From Candidatus Gottesmanbacteria bacterium (GTDB lineage Bacteria > Patescibacteriota > Microgenomatia > UBA10105 > UBA927), in the NCBI GenBank assembly GCA_043798445.1, contig JAZDOQ010000007.1, positions 4,437-68,436 on the forward strand: a DNA stretch of 64,000 nt. Direction: 5' to 3'. The notes under the pieces were generated by a model, which was given only the letters and a program-made list of their open reading frames with translations, was not told where the DNA came from and made no database searches. Shown here in pieces: positions 46,323 through 55,980 of this stretch (positions within the stretch are counted from its first letter, which is position 1; every line of letters starts with the position of its first letter). Both the position numbers and the translations under genes were made by a program.

Positions 46323-47114
46323 CTATTTTAAAGAATTCTTCGTAAAATATTGGATCCACGTGGTAATGAATTGTATGACCATATCGGCGATCCGATACAA
46401 TATTCCATTCTCTTCCCTACTGGTTTTTATATTCTGTGCCGTAAATCCGTATATTTTTGTGTCGTCCTCCGGTACATAAGCGGTATTAAATGAATCATCT
46501 TTTTCTCTTTGTGTTGGTTTCGGGGCAGTGGAGATAATTGGTGTTGTTGTACTTTGAGGAGAGGGAGTGGATGTGTTTGTCGGTGTTCCGGAAAAGACAA
46601 TGGTTGTTCCGGTTTTTGTTCCAACTGCATTTGTGGTGAGTTCGATTACGGCAACAGCTGTGTCCGTCCGAAAAATGATGGAGGATATTTTTTTAGCTAT
46701 GGCTTTTATCGTTATGGTTGCGATGACACCGGAACCCCTTTTTGGCACATCTGGTGAAGCACCGACGATAAAGGCTATAACACCATTCGTTGCTGTGGCG
46801 GTTGACAATACTTCTGGAAGATATGGTCCGGGAACGATGTTGGTAATTGCAAGCGCTGTTTTATCATATATTAGGTACACTTCACTCGCACTAACTGTTT
46901 TACCATTGGTGTTCATGAGAATATTGAGCGTTGTTTCCTGATTAAGCACACCTGTTATTTGTGATGGACTTATGGATAAGGAAACAGCCGTATTAGTCGC
47001 ACGGCTTCGAACATCTTGCGTTATATTTATCGCAATAACACCAAGGACTAATCCACCAATGAGAAACAGTGTTGTAAGGAGAGAAGACATTCGAAAACGA
47101 GGTGTGTTTTGCAT
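46323..47114 (-). CDS. cohesin-like domain protein with N-terminal anchor or signal, S/T/P linker and conserved C-terminal tail
   Basis: A roughly 140-aa beta-rich module (VSLSISPSQITGVLNQETTLNILMNTNGK...GVIATITIKAIAKK) resembles cohesin. Its neighbour carries a dockerin. Confidence 0.5.
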   Translation of the reverse strand: MQNTPRFRMSSLLTTLFLIGGLVLGVIAINITQDVRSRATNTAVSLSISPSQITGVLNQETTLNILMNTNGKTVSASEVYLIYDKTALAITNIVPGPYLPEVLSTATATNGVIAFIVGASPDVPKRGSGVIATITIKAIAKKISSIIFRTDTAVAVIELTTNAVGTKTGTTIVFSGTPTNTSTPSPQSTTTPIISTAPKPTQREKDDSFNTAYVPEDDTKIYGFTAQNIKTSREENGILYRIADMVIQFITTWIQYFTKNSLK

Positions 47115-47118
47115 GCTG

Positions 47119-48534
47119 TTATTTATTAAAGTTTTTTACAATTACGTTGTAATCAAAAATATCCACCTTCCCGTTTTTATCAATATCGGAAGGAATAAAT
47201 CCCGGAATACCGGTTTTTTTGAAATTAGCCAGAAGTATGTTGTAATCGAGCATATTAACCTTTCCATCTCCATTTATATCTGCAGTTTTTTGGGTGGACG
47301 TTGGTGTTGCTGATATAAAGGGAGTGTTGACTGGTGTGTTCGTTGGCTTGAAGGTGGGGGTAGGTGTTTGAGTGGTGGTGGAGGGGATACCGACACACGG
47401 ACGGGTCGTATTTTCCCGAATCGCATCCATAACACCATAATAGGCTGGTTTACGTTGGTAGTTCTCATCAAACAGGAGGGGTTTGGCATCAGTGAGATTA
47501 GCATGATTTGGTAAACGAACCCAACTATATTTATCTGAGATGCCCCAGGTTCCTAGTGAAATACAGTTACTATGTGACAAACATTTTGCAGTGACTTTTT
47601 TATAGAGATTTGCAACATCTTCTTGGCTGTGTCCTGCTTGATATACATCCATTTCCGTAATGAGCACTTTCACATTGGCATCCTGCGCCTTTTGGAAATA
47701 ATAGTTCAAATCTTGAAGATATCCCGCGCTAAACTGTTCACCAGTTGTAGATATGAGATGGTTTTCTAACCCCACGGCATCGATCTGTATTCCTCTGGCC
47801 TTGGCGTTTTTGACATACTTGAAGAATGCATCTACCTCCACGATATGCATTCTATCCTTACCGACCGCATCATTGAGTACTAGAATAGCGTTTGGAGCTA
47901 TTTCATGGGCATATTCAAACGCTTTATCGATATAATCCAACCCGATGATGGATTTAAAACAATTAGTGCTCATTGCGCCGTTTTCCGAAAACGCTTCGTT
48001 GACAACGTTCCACACAGTAACAGTGTCGGCGCCATGTATCATGGTCGTTTGAATGTGGGTTTTCATTATTTCTAAAAGCTGTGATCTTGTCCATGTTCCA
48101 CAATTATTTTCGGTAAAAAGCCATGTCGGTGTATAAGAATTAGTCTTTCCATTGGTCCATATGAGATGGTAAAAATGTAGCTTCATGTTGTTGTTACGTG
48201 CAAACGTTATCACTTCATCAAAGCGGGTAAAGTCATTGAAACCCTGTGTTTTTTCTGTTTGACGCCATGTGTCCTGATATTGCATAAACATACTGGCGTA
48301 TTCTTGTGCTGCAATTTGTTTACACAAGGCAGCATTTGTCTGGTTTGATCTGAAACATTCGCCAATCAGCCCCGCAACGTTAAATTGGCGTTTTTTAGCG
48401 TATTGGCTTAATGTACTTTCTTCAGGTGGTGGAAGACCGCATTTGTTTGTAGTCGCATCACCAAGTACACTAGGAAAAAATGTAGAAAAAAGTATAGAGA
48501 TAGATGTAATAAGAGAAGTTATGAGGTTTGTCAT
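47119..48534 (-). CDS. glycoside hydrolase family 10 (endo-xylanase-like) with a C-terminal type-I dockerin
   Basis: GH10 motifs are WNVVNEAF (acid/base Glu) and VLITEMDV (nucleophile Glu). The dockerin is the duplicated Ca-loop DINGDGKVNMLDY...DIDKNGKVDIFDY. Confidence 0.85.
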   Translation of the reverse strand: MTNLITSLITSISILFSTFFPSVLGDATTNKCGLPPPEESTLSQYAKKRQFNVAGLIGECFRSNQTNAALCKQIAAQEYASMFMQYQDTWRQTEKTQGFNDFTRFDEVITFARNNNMKLHFYHLIWTNGKTNSYTPTWLFTENNCGTWTRSQLLEIMKTHIQTTMIHGADTVTVWNVVNEAFSENGAMSTNCFKSIIGLDYIDKAFEYAHEIAPNAILVLNDAVGKDRMHIVEVDAFFKYVKNAKARGIQIDAVGLENHLISTTGEQFSAGYLQDLNYYFQKAQDANVKVLITEMDVYQAGHSQEDVANLYKKVTAKCLSHSNCISLGTWGISDKYSWVRLPNHANLTDAKPLLFDENYQRKPAYYGVMDAIRENTTRPCVGIPSTTTQTPTPTFKPTNTPVNTPFISATPTSTQKTADINGDGKVNMLDYNILLANFKKTGIPGFIPSDIDKNGKVDIFDYNVIVKNFNK

Positions 48535-48589
48535 GCGATAAGTTCCCAAATCCTTAATAAGGATAGTATAACAAAAAGTAGTATATTTT

Positions 48590-50125
48590 TTATTTTAAAG
48601 AAGTCTTCGTAAAATATTGGATCCACGTGGTAATGAATTGTATTACCGCATCGGCGATTCGATACAGGATTCCATCCTCTTCCCTATTTGTTTTTATATT
48701 CTGTGCCGGAGATCCATTTATTGGTGTGTCATCATTTTGTATGTTTAGGTTAGTAGCAATGGTGGGAATGTTCGTTAGTGTTTGCGTGGGTTTGAGGACG
48801 GAGGTAGGAGTTCGAGTAGAAGTGTATGTTGGTATTTGTGTGGGTTTAAGAGTGGGCGTAGATATTTGAGTGGGAGTAATGGTTGGTTTGATAGTAGGAG
48901 TTCGGGTGGGAGTGCGCGTTGGTGTGTTCGTTGGTTTGAATGTGGGTGTAGGTGTTTGAGTAGGGGTAGGGAGGTTGCCGACACATGGACGGGTATTGTT
49001 TTCCCGAATCGCATCCATGACACCATAGTAGGCCAGTTTACGTTGGTAGGTCTCATCAAACAGAAGCGGTTTGGCATCAGGGAGATTAGCAAATTGAGGC
49101 AGACGTGCCCAACTGTCTTTATCTGATATTCCCCAGACTTCTAGCGAAATACAGTTACTGTACTTTAAGCACATTGCGGTAACCTTTTTGTACAGTTGAG
49201 CAACATCCTCTTGGCTGTGTCCTGCTTGATACACATCCATTTCCGTAATGAGTACTTTGACATTGGCATTTTGTGCCTTTTGAAAAAAATAGTTAAGATC
49301 GTCTAAATATCCGGAGCCAAATTGATCTCCGTTTTTTGATAGAAGGTGATTTTGTAATCCTACCGCGTCAATGGGTACACCGCGATTTTTAGCACTTTTG
49401 ACATAGGTAAAAAACCCATCCACTTTCGATCGGAGCATCCGATCTCTGCCAAAAAATTCATTGAGAACCAAAAGAGCATGTGGTGTTGCTTGCCGTGCAT
49501 ACCGAAACGCTTTATCAATGTAATCCAATCCTATAATCTTATAGAAACAGTCCTGAACCATCGATCCATTCTCCTCAAACGCCTCATTCACCACGTTCCA
49601 GACAGTGACCATATCACCTGCATGGCTTATCATTGCCTGTATATGAGTCTTCATGATTTGATCGAGCTCCTGTTTACTCCAGTTGCCGCATTGACCCGGT
49701 TCAGGAAACAACCATTTGGGAGGATATGTGTTCTTGTTATGGTTTGTCCAAACAAGATGATAAAAATGCAGTTTGGAATTGTTGTTTCTGGAAAATGTTA
49801 TCACCTCGTCAAATTTGGTGAAATTGTACGATCCTCGGGTTTTTTCTGTGGTTGCCCAATGGTCTTGATACGGGACAAACATTCCAGGGAATTCATTGAT
49901 TGCGGTTTGTTGGCATGTTGTCCGAAGAGGATTATCAGTTTTGAAACATTGATTAATTTGTCCGCTGACATTAAAGTTTCGTTTTTGCGCATATTGACTG
50001 AGAGTGCTTTGTTCAGCCGGTGGGAGCTGGCATTTGTTGGTTGTTTGGTCACCGAGTACAGTAGGAAAAAATGTGGAAAAAAGTATAGAGATAGATGTAA
50101 TAAGAGAAGTGATGGAGTTTGTCAT
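48590..50125 (-). CDS. glycoside hydrolase family 10 paralog with a long Pro/Thr linker and the same C-terminal tail as the cohesin protein
   Basis: Contains WNVVNEAF and VLITEMDV, a roughly 70-aa (TPT/KPT)n linker, and the tail REEDGILYRIADAVIQFITTWIQYFTKTSLK. Confidence 0.85.
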   Translation of the reverse strand: MTNSITSLITSISILFSTFFPTVLGDQTTNKCQLPPAEQSTLSQYAQKRNFNVSGQINQCFKTDNPLRTTCQQTAINEFPGMFVPYQDHWATTEKTRGSYNFTKFDEVITFSRNNNSKLHFYHLVWTNHNKNTYPPKWLFPEPGQCGNWSKQELDQIMKTHIQAMISHAGDMVTVWNVVNEAFEENGSMVQDCFYKIIGLDYIDKAFRYARQATPHALLVLNEFFGRDRMLRSKVDGFFTYVKSAKNRGVPIDAVGLQNHLLSKNGDQFGSGYLDDLNYFFQKAQNANVKVLITEMDVYQAGHSQEDVAQLYKKVTAMCLKYSNCISLEVWGISDKDSWARLPQFANLPDAKPLLFDETYQRKLAYYGVMDAIRENNTRPCVGNLPTPTQTPTPTFKPTNTPTRTPTRTPTIKPTITPTQISTPTLKPTQIPTYTSTRTPTSVLKPTQTLTNIPTIATNLNIQNDDTPINGSPAQNIKTNREEDGILYRIADAVIQFITTWIQYFTKTSLK

Positions 50126-50224
50126 ACTATGAGTTACCGAGCTATCAATAAGTATAGTATACCAAAATAAAACGATTATTGTGGCTACGGTAAATACTGA
50201 TTATAAATCTGATATACTGGGAAA

Positions 50225-50914
50225 ATGGCAAAACGGATTAGTATTGTCGTAATTATCTTGTCTCTTGTCTTTGGTGGTATTGCAATTTGGTATAAGACCC
50301 GCCCCGTTGAAGAGAAAACAGAAGTCTTAGGTAAAAATATATCTATTGCTATGGAAACATCGAAACCATTACAATCATTTGATGATCAAGTGACACAGAC
50401 TGCGTCAAGCGCGGCGTCACTATATTCTATGGAAATCAATACAAAGAAAGCATATGAAGCAATTATTCGAACAAGCGTTGGTGATATAACGGTTGCACTT
50501 TCTGCAAGTGCAACACCAATTACAGTTAATAACTTTGTTGCTCTTGCGAGGAAAAATTTTTACGACAACACGATTTTCCATCGGGTGATCAAAGGATTCA
50601 TGATTCAGGGTGGAGATCCGAATGGAACCGGAAGCGGTGGACCTGGATACCAATTTGATGACGAACCGTTTACAGGTGAATACTCCCGAGGGACAGTTGC
50701 GATGGCAAATGCCGGACCGAATACCAACGGGAGTCAATTTTTTATTATGCATGCTGATTATCCGTTGCCAAAAAATTACGTTATTTTTGGAAAAGTAACG
50801 AGTGGTATTGAGGTAGTAGATACGATTGCAACAGCAGGAACCAAACCGGGCGGGGAAGGATCAACGCCGATTGATCCTGTGGTCGTTCTATCTGTGAAAA
50901 TAGTTGAACAGTAA
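50225..50914 (+). CDS. membrane-anchored cyclophilin-type peptidyl-prolyl isomerase
   Basis: Contains FHRVIKGFMIQGGDP and GTVAMANAGPNTNGSQFFI. Confidence 0.92.
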   Translation: MAKRISIVVIILSLVFGGIAIWYKTRPVEEKTEVLGKNISIAMETSKPLQSFDDQVTQTASSAASLYSMEINTKKAYEAIIRTSVGDITVALSASATPITVNNFVALARKNFYDNTIFHRVIKGFMIQGGDPNGTGSGGPGYQFDDEPFTGEYSRGTVAMANAGPNTNGSQFFIMHADYPLPKNYVIFGKVTSGIEVVDTIATAGTKPGGEGSTPIDPVVVLSVKIVEQ

Positions 50915-50932
50915 CTGTATAATAGAAATATT

Positions 50933-51505
50933 ATGAATACATCATCCCAGACTCAACAAAATCTTTTGAAAGCATTTGCCGGAGAAAGTCAGGCGAGAAA
51001 TAAATATCACATGTTTGCCAAAATGGCTCGGAAAGAAAATTTGGAGTGGATTGCGCGCGTGTTTGAGGAAACAGGAGATAACGAACGGGCGCACGCAGAG
51101 GAATTATTCGAGATGATTAAGGGGGAAGTGTCAGTTCCTAATGTTACACTCGATATTCATGCTTTTTCAACAAACACATCCGAGAATTTAAAAATGGCTG
51201 CAATCGGGGAGAAGTATGAATGGACAATCATGTATCCGGATTTTGAGAAAATTGCAATTGCTGAACGGGATGTTGAAGCAACGCGGTTGTTTGGAAATTT
51301 GAAAAAAGTTGAAGAAAAACATGAAGAACGATATATCATCCTTGCAAAGCATATTGATGACAAAACACTCTATGATCAGAATATGGAATTAGAATGGAAA
51401 TGTGTAAACTGCGGATATATTCATCGGGGGAAAACACCACCTACAAAATGTCCCGTGTGTCAAAAACCATCCACCTGGTACATGCCGCTTGGACTCGTAC
51501 GGTAA
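50933..51505 (+). CDS. rubrerythrin
   Basis: Has ferritin-like diiron ExxH motifs and a C-terminal rubredoxin-type CxxC...CxxC. Confidence 0.9.
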   Translation: MNTSSQTQQNLLKAFAGESQARNKYHMFAKMARKENLEWIARVFEETGDNERAHAEELFEMIKGEVSVPNVTLDIHAFSTNTSENLKMAAIGEKYEWTIMYPDFEKIAIAERDVEATRLFGNLKKVEEKHEERYIILAKHIDDKTLYDQNMELEWKCVNCGYIHRGKTPPTKCPVCQKPSTWYMPLGLVR

Positions 51506-51509
51506 TTTC

Positions 51510-51983
51510 ATGAAAGTATTTGTTCCGAAACCAAAACAAATCCCGTTTACAACTACTGGTTATCAGCAACTTCTTGACGAGAAAAAGAAACTGATAGGAG
51601 AACGGCCTGATGCAGTTGAACATTTACGGAAAGCCCGTGAGATGGGAGATTTATCTGAGAATGGATACTACAAAGCATCACGAGCAAGGTTATCATCGCT
51701 TGATGCAAGACTTCGGCATCTGGAACGATTAATTCGTTTTGGCAAAATAGTCGAATCAGCACACACGGGATTTGTTGATATTGGAAGTACAGTAACAATA
51801 TCAGATGGACAAAAAGAAATGACATATACGATTGTCGGTGGGTATGAATCTGATCCAAAACAACATACCATTTCCTATCTTTCACCAATCGGAAAATCAT
51901 TGATGGGAAAACAGCAGGGGGATGCTATTACTGTTACCATACCTTCCGGAACTGTACGGTATAGGATACTTCTTTTACAGTGA
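51510..51983 (+). CDS. greA: transcription elongation factor GreA
   Basis: An N-terminal coiled coil containing GDLSENGYY is followed by a C-terminal FKBP-like domain. Confidence 0.87.
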   Translation: MKVFVPKPKQIPFTTTGYQQLLDEKKKLIGERPDAVEHLRKAREMGDLSENGYYKASRARLSSLDARLRHLERLIRFGKIVESAHTGFVDIGSTVTISDGQKEMTYTIVGGYESDPKQHTISYLSPIGKSLMGKQQGDAITVTIPSGTVRYRILLLQ

Positions 51984-51996
51984 TAGTAGGAACGGT

Positions 51997-52641
51997 TTAG
52001 TTATTAAGAAAGGCTATGAGCCATCCAAACATGCTAAAACCTTTGCGTTCTGCTAAAACCCTTTCTTCAAGTGCTGTATTTTCCTGAATCAGAGCATCGA
52101 CTGCTTCCTGGATTTTTGTTTGATCACTGGTGTTAAATACTTGAATTTTAAGTTGCATCAGCTGCTCTATCCGTAACCGATTTTGTTCAACTTGACTGCT
52201 TAATGCTTTGACTGATCGGTGATCAGTGCCGGTAAGAAATCTTGAAAATCCGGATTTTGCGTCAATTTTTTGAATATTTTGGGTAATGACGTCATGAGCC
52301 AGCATTTGTCCTTTGACGACATCTTCTACCTGTTTTTTTACAATACTTCCCATGGAATAGGAAGATGAAAGCGCTTTCAGTGTCTCTGCAGCAACTCCTA
52401 CGGAATTGAGGGTTTGTGCTTGTTTTTCCTGTTCACTTGTTTGAACCATGAGGTTGCTTGCGCTTCCCTGATTTTGCGTTTGTACTTGATTTTTGTTTTG
52501 TACTTGAACTCCACTTGGCGTGACTGTTTTACTTATTTGTACCTGCGTTTGTTGCTGAGTCGCTTGAGCACCGCCTGAATTCGCTGCGTATATAGGCATT
52601 GCGATAATACCAGCAATAATAAGGCTAATGATATGTTTCAT
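51997..52641 (-). CDS. secreted Gln-rich coiled-coil protein with a hydrophobic C-terminus
   Basis: Signal peptide and a low-complexity Q/V/T region. No family recognised. Confidence 0.45.
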   Translation of the reverse strand: MKHIISLIIAGIIAMPIYAANSGGAQATQQQTQVQISKTVTPSGVQVQNKNQVQTQNQGSASNLMVQTSEQEKQAQTLNSVGVAAETLKALSSSYSMGSIVKKQVEDVVKGQMLAHDVITQNIQKIDAKSGFSRFLTGTDHRSVKALSSQVEQNRLRIEQLMQLKIQVFNTSDQTKIQEAVDALIQENTALEERVLAERKGFSMFGWLIAFLNN

Positions 52642-52743
52642 AGGTGTCCTCCATAGTATGTAGTACCTTTATTACCATAACATATCTAAATGAAAGAAAA
52701 TAGGTTAATGGACTGTATTACATATAGAAAGGTGGTGAAGTAT

Positions 52744-53115
52744 ATGAATACAAAATTACTCGCAGTTGCAGTTGGGATTGGAGCGCTCGGACTCGGATCA
52801 AGCATATTTGCCGCTCAGGCGTTTGCCTATCGTGGTGATCCGTCAGTTCAGGGACCAAACTACACTCCCGAACGTCATGAAGCTATGACAAAAGCATTTG
52901 AAAGAAATGACTATGAAGCTTGGAAAGTTCAGATGCAAGGGAAAGGTCGTGTTCTTCAAGTTGTTACAAAAGAAAATTTTGCACGATTTGCAGAAGCACA
53001 CAGACTCACACTTGCAGGAAAAAAAGATGAAGCGTTGAAAATTCGTCAAGAATTGGGTTTGGGATTACACAACGGTTCCGGTCAAGGAATGGGATATGGA
53101 AGAAATTCCCGATAA
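52744..53115 (+). CDS. small secreted protein
   Basis: GGTGGTG site and signal peptide MNTKLLAVAVGIGALGLGSSIFAAQA. Confidence 0.45.
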   Translation: MNTKLLAVAVGIGALGLGSSIFAAQAFAYRGDPSVQGPNYTPERHEAMTKAFERNDYEAWKVQMQGKGRVLQVVTKENFARFAEAHRLTLAGKKDEALKIRQELGLGLHNGSGQGMGYGRNSR

Positions 53116-53192
53116 TAAAAAGAAGTACCATACACTTTCCCCTTGCTAAATCATTGGTAAGGGGTAAAGTGTATTACAATTATCATATAGGT

Positions 53193-53732
53193 ATGAAGCA
53201 CGATATATCAGACGAAGCGTTAGTTCAGTATATACGGACAAAAGACCAGGAACGCTATCGGGATATTATGATTCGGTATGAAGAGAAATTACTTCGGTAT
53301 GCGGAACATTTGGTTAGAAATTCGGCACTTGCCGCAGACATCGTGCAGGATTCATTTATCAAAGCGTTTAAAAATCTGCAAGGATTTGATAGTAAAAAGA
53401 AATTTTCAAGCTGGATATACCGAATTGTTCATAATGAAGCGATAAATGCGGTAAAACGGTTTCATAAAGAGGTAAAACTTGTGGAAGCAGATGCTATTTG
53501 GAACAATGAAAAAATTGAAGATGACTATGTGAGAAAAGAATTGAAGGATAAAGTGAAACATTGCCTTGAGCAAATGTCGTTTATGTATCGCGAGCCGATA
53601 ACATTATATTTTCTTGAAGAAAAATCATATGAAGAAATCAGCGATATTTTGCGGATGCCAATGGGGACAGTTGCAACCCGTATCAATAGGGGAAAGCAGC
53701 TGATGAAAAAAATATGTCAAAAAAACGCATAA
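53193..53732 (+). CDS. ECF-type sigma-70 family factor (second copy)
   Basis: Has region 2 (DIVQDSFIKAFKNL) and region 4 (EKSYEEISDILRMPMGTVATRINRGKQLM). Confidence 0.8.
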   Translation: MKHDISDEALVQYIRTKDQERYRDIMIRYEEKLLRYAEHLVRNSALAADIVQDSFIKAFKNLQGFDSKKKFSSWIYRIVHNEAINAVKRFHKEVKLVEADAIWNNEKIEDDYVRKELKDKVKHCLEQMSFMYREPITLYFLEEKSYEEISDILRMPMGTVATRINRGKQLMKKICQKNA

Positions 53733-54205
53733 CTATATCAAATACCGTAATGGACGCAATTCATTCTCATCGTGTTATCATGCGGCCAAAACTTTTCTTT
53801 GTAATCGGCTCGATTATGTCGATTGCAGGAATGACAGCATCATTTATTATTGCAATCTTTGGTTTTAGCATAATTCGGTTTTTACTCCGGTCACATGGCC
53901 CGATGAAGCAGTATCGTTTGGAACAGATGCTGCAAGCATTTCCCGTTTGGAGTCTTGTTGTTGCCGTCGTGGGATGTATTGTTGGTATTATGTTACTGCG
54001 TCGGTATGACATTTCATACAAAAAGAATTTCCTGTTGATTATCGGTGGAATATTACTGTCTTTAGTTTTGTCTGTATATCTTCTTGATGTGACTGGAATT
54101 TCAGATGCGTTGATGAGAACAGGTCCGATGAAAAGAATGATGCGCGGATATGAAACAGAATCGAAGAAGCCTCCGTTCCGGACTGGTGGTAAATTCCTTA
54201 GATGA
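53714..54205 (+). CDS. multi-TM membrane protein, possible anti-sigma partner
   Basis: Overlaps the sigma gene by 19 nt. Four TM segments. Confidence 0.4.
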   Translation: MSKKRITISNTVMDAIHSHRVIMRPKLFFVIGSIMSIAGMTASFIIAIFGFSIIRFLLRSHGPMKQYRLEQMLQAFPVWSLVVAVVGCIVGIMLLRRYDISYKKNFLLIIGGILLSLVLSVYLLDVTGISDALMRTGPMKRMMRGYETESKKPPFRTGGKFLR

Positions 54206-54206
54206 T

Positions 54207-55097
54207 TTATTTTTGCCACCTGACAAATGATCCCTGAGGCAACAATCTGTCCGTGCTCTTCTCCTTCGTTGTTAATTCTCCAAAAGTTAATTTTCCTCCG
54301 ATAGGGGAAAATATTGATTTCATGATATTGTAGAGTGCAATGGCCGAAAGATCAGCGGTGTATGCGTTAAGAAGAATAAATGTTGCTTTTGGTGACAATA
54401 TGTGTTTGATTGCAGGAAGAAGAATCGGTAAATCATCAGCGAGTTTCCATACCTCTCCTTTTGCGCCACGGCCAAATCTGGGTGGATCGAGAATAATGCC
54501 GTCATACGTGTTGCCGCGGTTTGCTTCCCGAACAACAAACTTTACAGCATCTTCAGCAATCCATCTGGTTTGTTTTTCATCAATGTTATTTTTTATACAG
54601 TTCTCATGTGCCCATGTAATTGACGGTTTGGAGCTATCAACGTGGGTGACATGCGCACCGGTCGTACAGGCAGCAACGGTTGCTGCTCCTGTGTAGCCAA
54701 ATAGATTAAGAACCGATATGTTTGGTGTAATTATGGATTGCATCCATGACCAGTTCACTGCTTGTTCAGGGAATATCCCAACGTGCTTAAAATCCGTTGG
54801 GTGGAGCACGAACTGCATATCGTGATAGCGGATAGTCCATGGAGTCGGCGGCTGTCTTTTAATCTTCCATTCACCGCGATCACTGTCCGTCCGAATAAAG
54901 TGAGCGTCAGCGTTTTCCCATAAGGATGAGGGTTGGCTGGGTTTCCAAATAGCTCTTGGATCCGGACGGATCATCGTGTAGTTTCCAAAAGTTTCGAGTT
55001 TTTCTCCATCACCGCTATCAAGGAGAGCGTATTCTATCCAGTCATCTGCATGTGCGGTAGGTATGGCATTCATGATAGAATTGTACCATGAAAACAA
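54207..55097 (-). CDS. class I SAM-dependent (RlmI/RlmK-like) methyltransferase
   Basis: LNLFGYTGAATVA (SAM motif I) and ILDPPRFG (DPPxF) are present. The start may be the ATG at 55073. Confidence 0.75.
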   Translation of the reverse strand: MFSWYNSIMNAIPTAHADDWIEYALLDSGDGEKLETFGNYTMIRPDPRAIWKPSQPSSLWENADAHFIRTDSDRGEWKIKRQPPTPWTIRYHDMQFVLHPTDFKHVGIFPEQAVNWSWMQSIITPNISVLNLFGYTGAATVAACTTGAHVTHVDSSKPSITWAHENCIKNNIDEKQTRWIAEDAVKFVVREANRGNTYDGIILDPPRFGRGAKGEVWKLADDLPILLPAIKHILSPKATFILLNAYTADLSAIALYNIMKSIFSPIGGKLTFGELTTKEKSTDRLLPQGSFVRWQK

Positions 55098-55936
55098 TGC
55101 TTATAGTGTTTGCACACCCCGATGATGAATCGTTTGGCACAGGCGGAACAATTGCAAAATACGCAGGGTTAGGGTGGAAAATTGATCTGATTGTTGCCAC
55201 AAACGGTGAAAAAGGCCAGAATGGTACGTTTACCTGGGCGCATGATGATGCACTTGCTGATCTTCGGAAAAAAGAACTGGAAGCTGCAGCGAACATATTA
55301 GGTATTCGTAATATTACGTATTTAGCCCAATCGGATGGGGGACTTTCAACATTGTCTCCTGGTACGATTGAGGATCCAATATATAAAAAGATGATAGAAC
55401 TACTGCCTGATATCGTCATCACACACGATACAATGGGGATCAGTAATCATCCTGATCATATTAAAGTGTGCTTCGCGACGACATTTGCGTTTCAAAAATA
55501 TGTAGAACATATAGAGGAGCTGAAACATCCTGAAGATTTTAAACCAGGAAGAGGAAAAGTATGGAAAGAAGCTGCGCATCTTCAGATGTTTGGTGAGCTC
55601 GATCCGGAAAGCAAAGAACCGAAGTTGTATTACACGTGTATGCCGGAACACGTAGCCTCGTATTTGAAAAAGATGAAGATAATTCCTGAACAGTCATTTG
55701 ATAAGCCGTGGATAGGCACAAAGGATAAGCTTGTTACAACGACTATTGCTATTGAAGGGACGAAAGTGAAAAAAGGAAAAGCGCTTCTCTGTCACGAGAC
55801 ACAACAGGCGGATACAGACAGGTTCATTGATTTTGATAATCATCCGCTCCATACGCAAGAGCACTTTATCCTGCGGATGCAGGGTATTCATGAAGTATTC
55901 ATGGGAAAAACTGATCGTGTTGCCGAAACTCTCTAA
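55088..55936 (+). CDS. PIG-L/LmbE family deacetylase
   Basis: AHPDDESFGTGGT and the HPDH motif are present. Confidence 0.85.
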   Translation: MKTMLIVFAHPDDESFGTGGTIAKYAGLGWKIDLIVATNGEKGQNGTFTWAHDDALADLRKKELEAAANILGIRNITYLAQSDGGLSTLSPGTIEDPIYKKMIELLPDIVITHDTMGISNHPDHIKVCFATTFAFQKYVEHIEELKHPEDFKPGRGKVWKEAAHLQMFGELDPESKEPKLYYTCMPEHVASYLKKMKIIPEQSFDKPWIGTKDKLVTTTIAIEGTKVKKGKALLCHETQQADTDRFIDFDNHPLHTQEHFILRMQGIHEVFMGKTDRVAETL

Positions 55937-55980
55937 ATCTTGCAATTTTTGTACTAACTGATACTATATTGGTATCAGTT

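Noticed and set aside
49478-50170. 230-aa plus-strand ORF.
   Set aside because: It is antisense to GH10-B, whose catalytic motifs are unambiguous.
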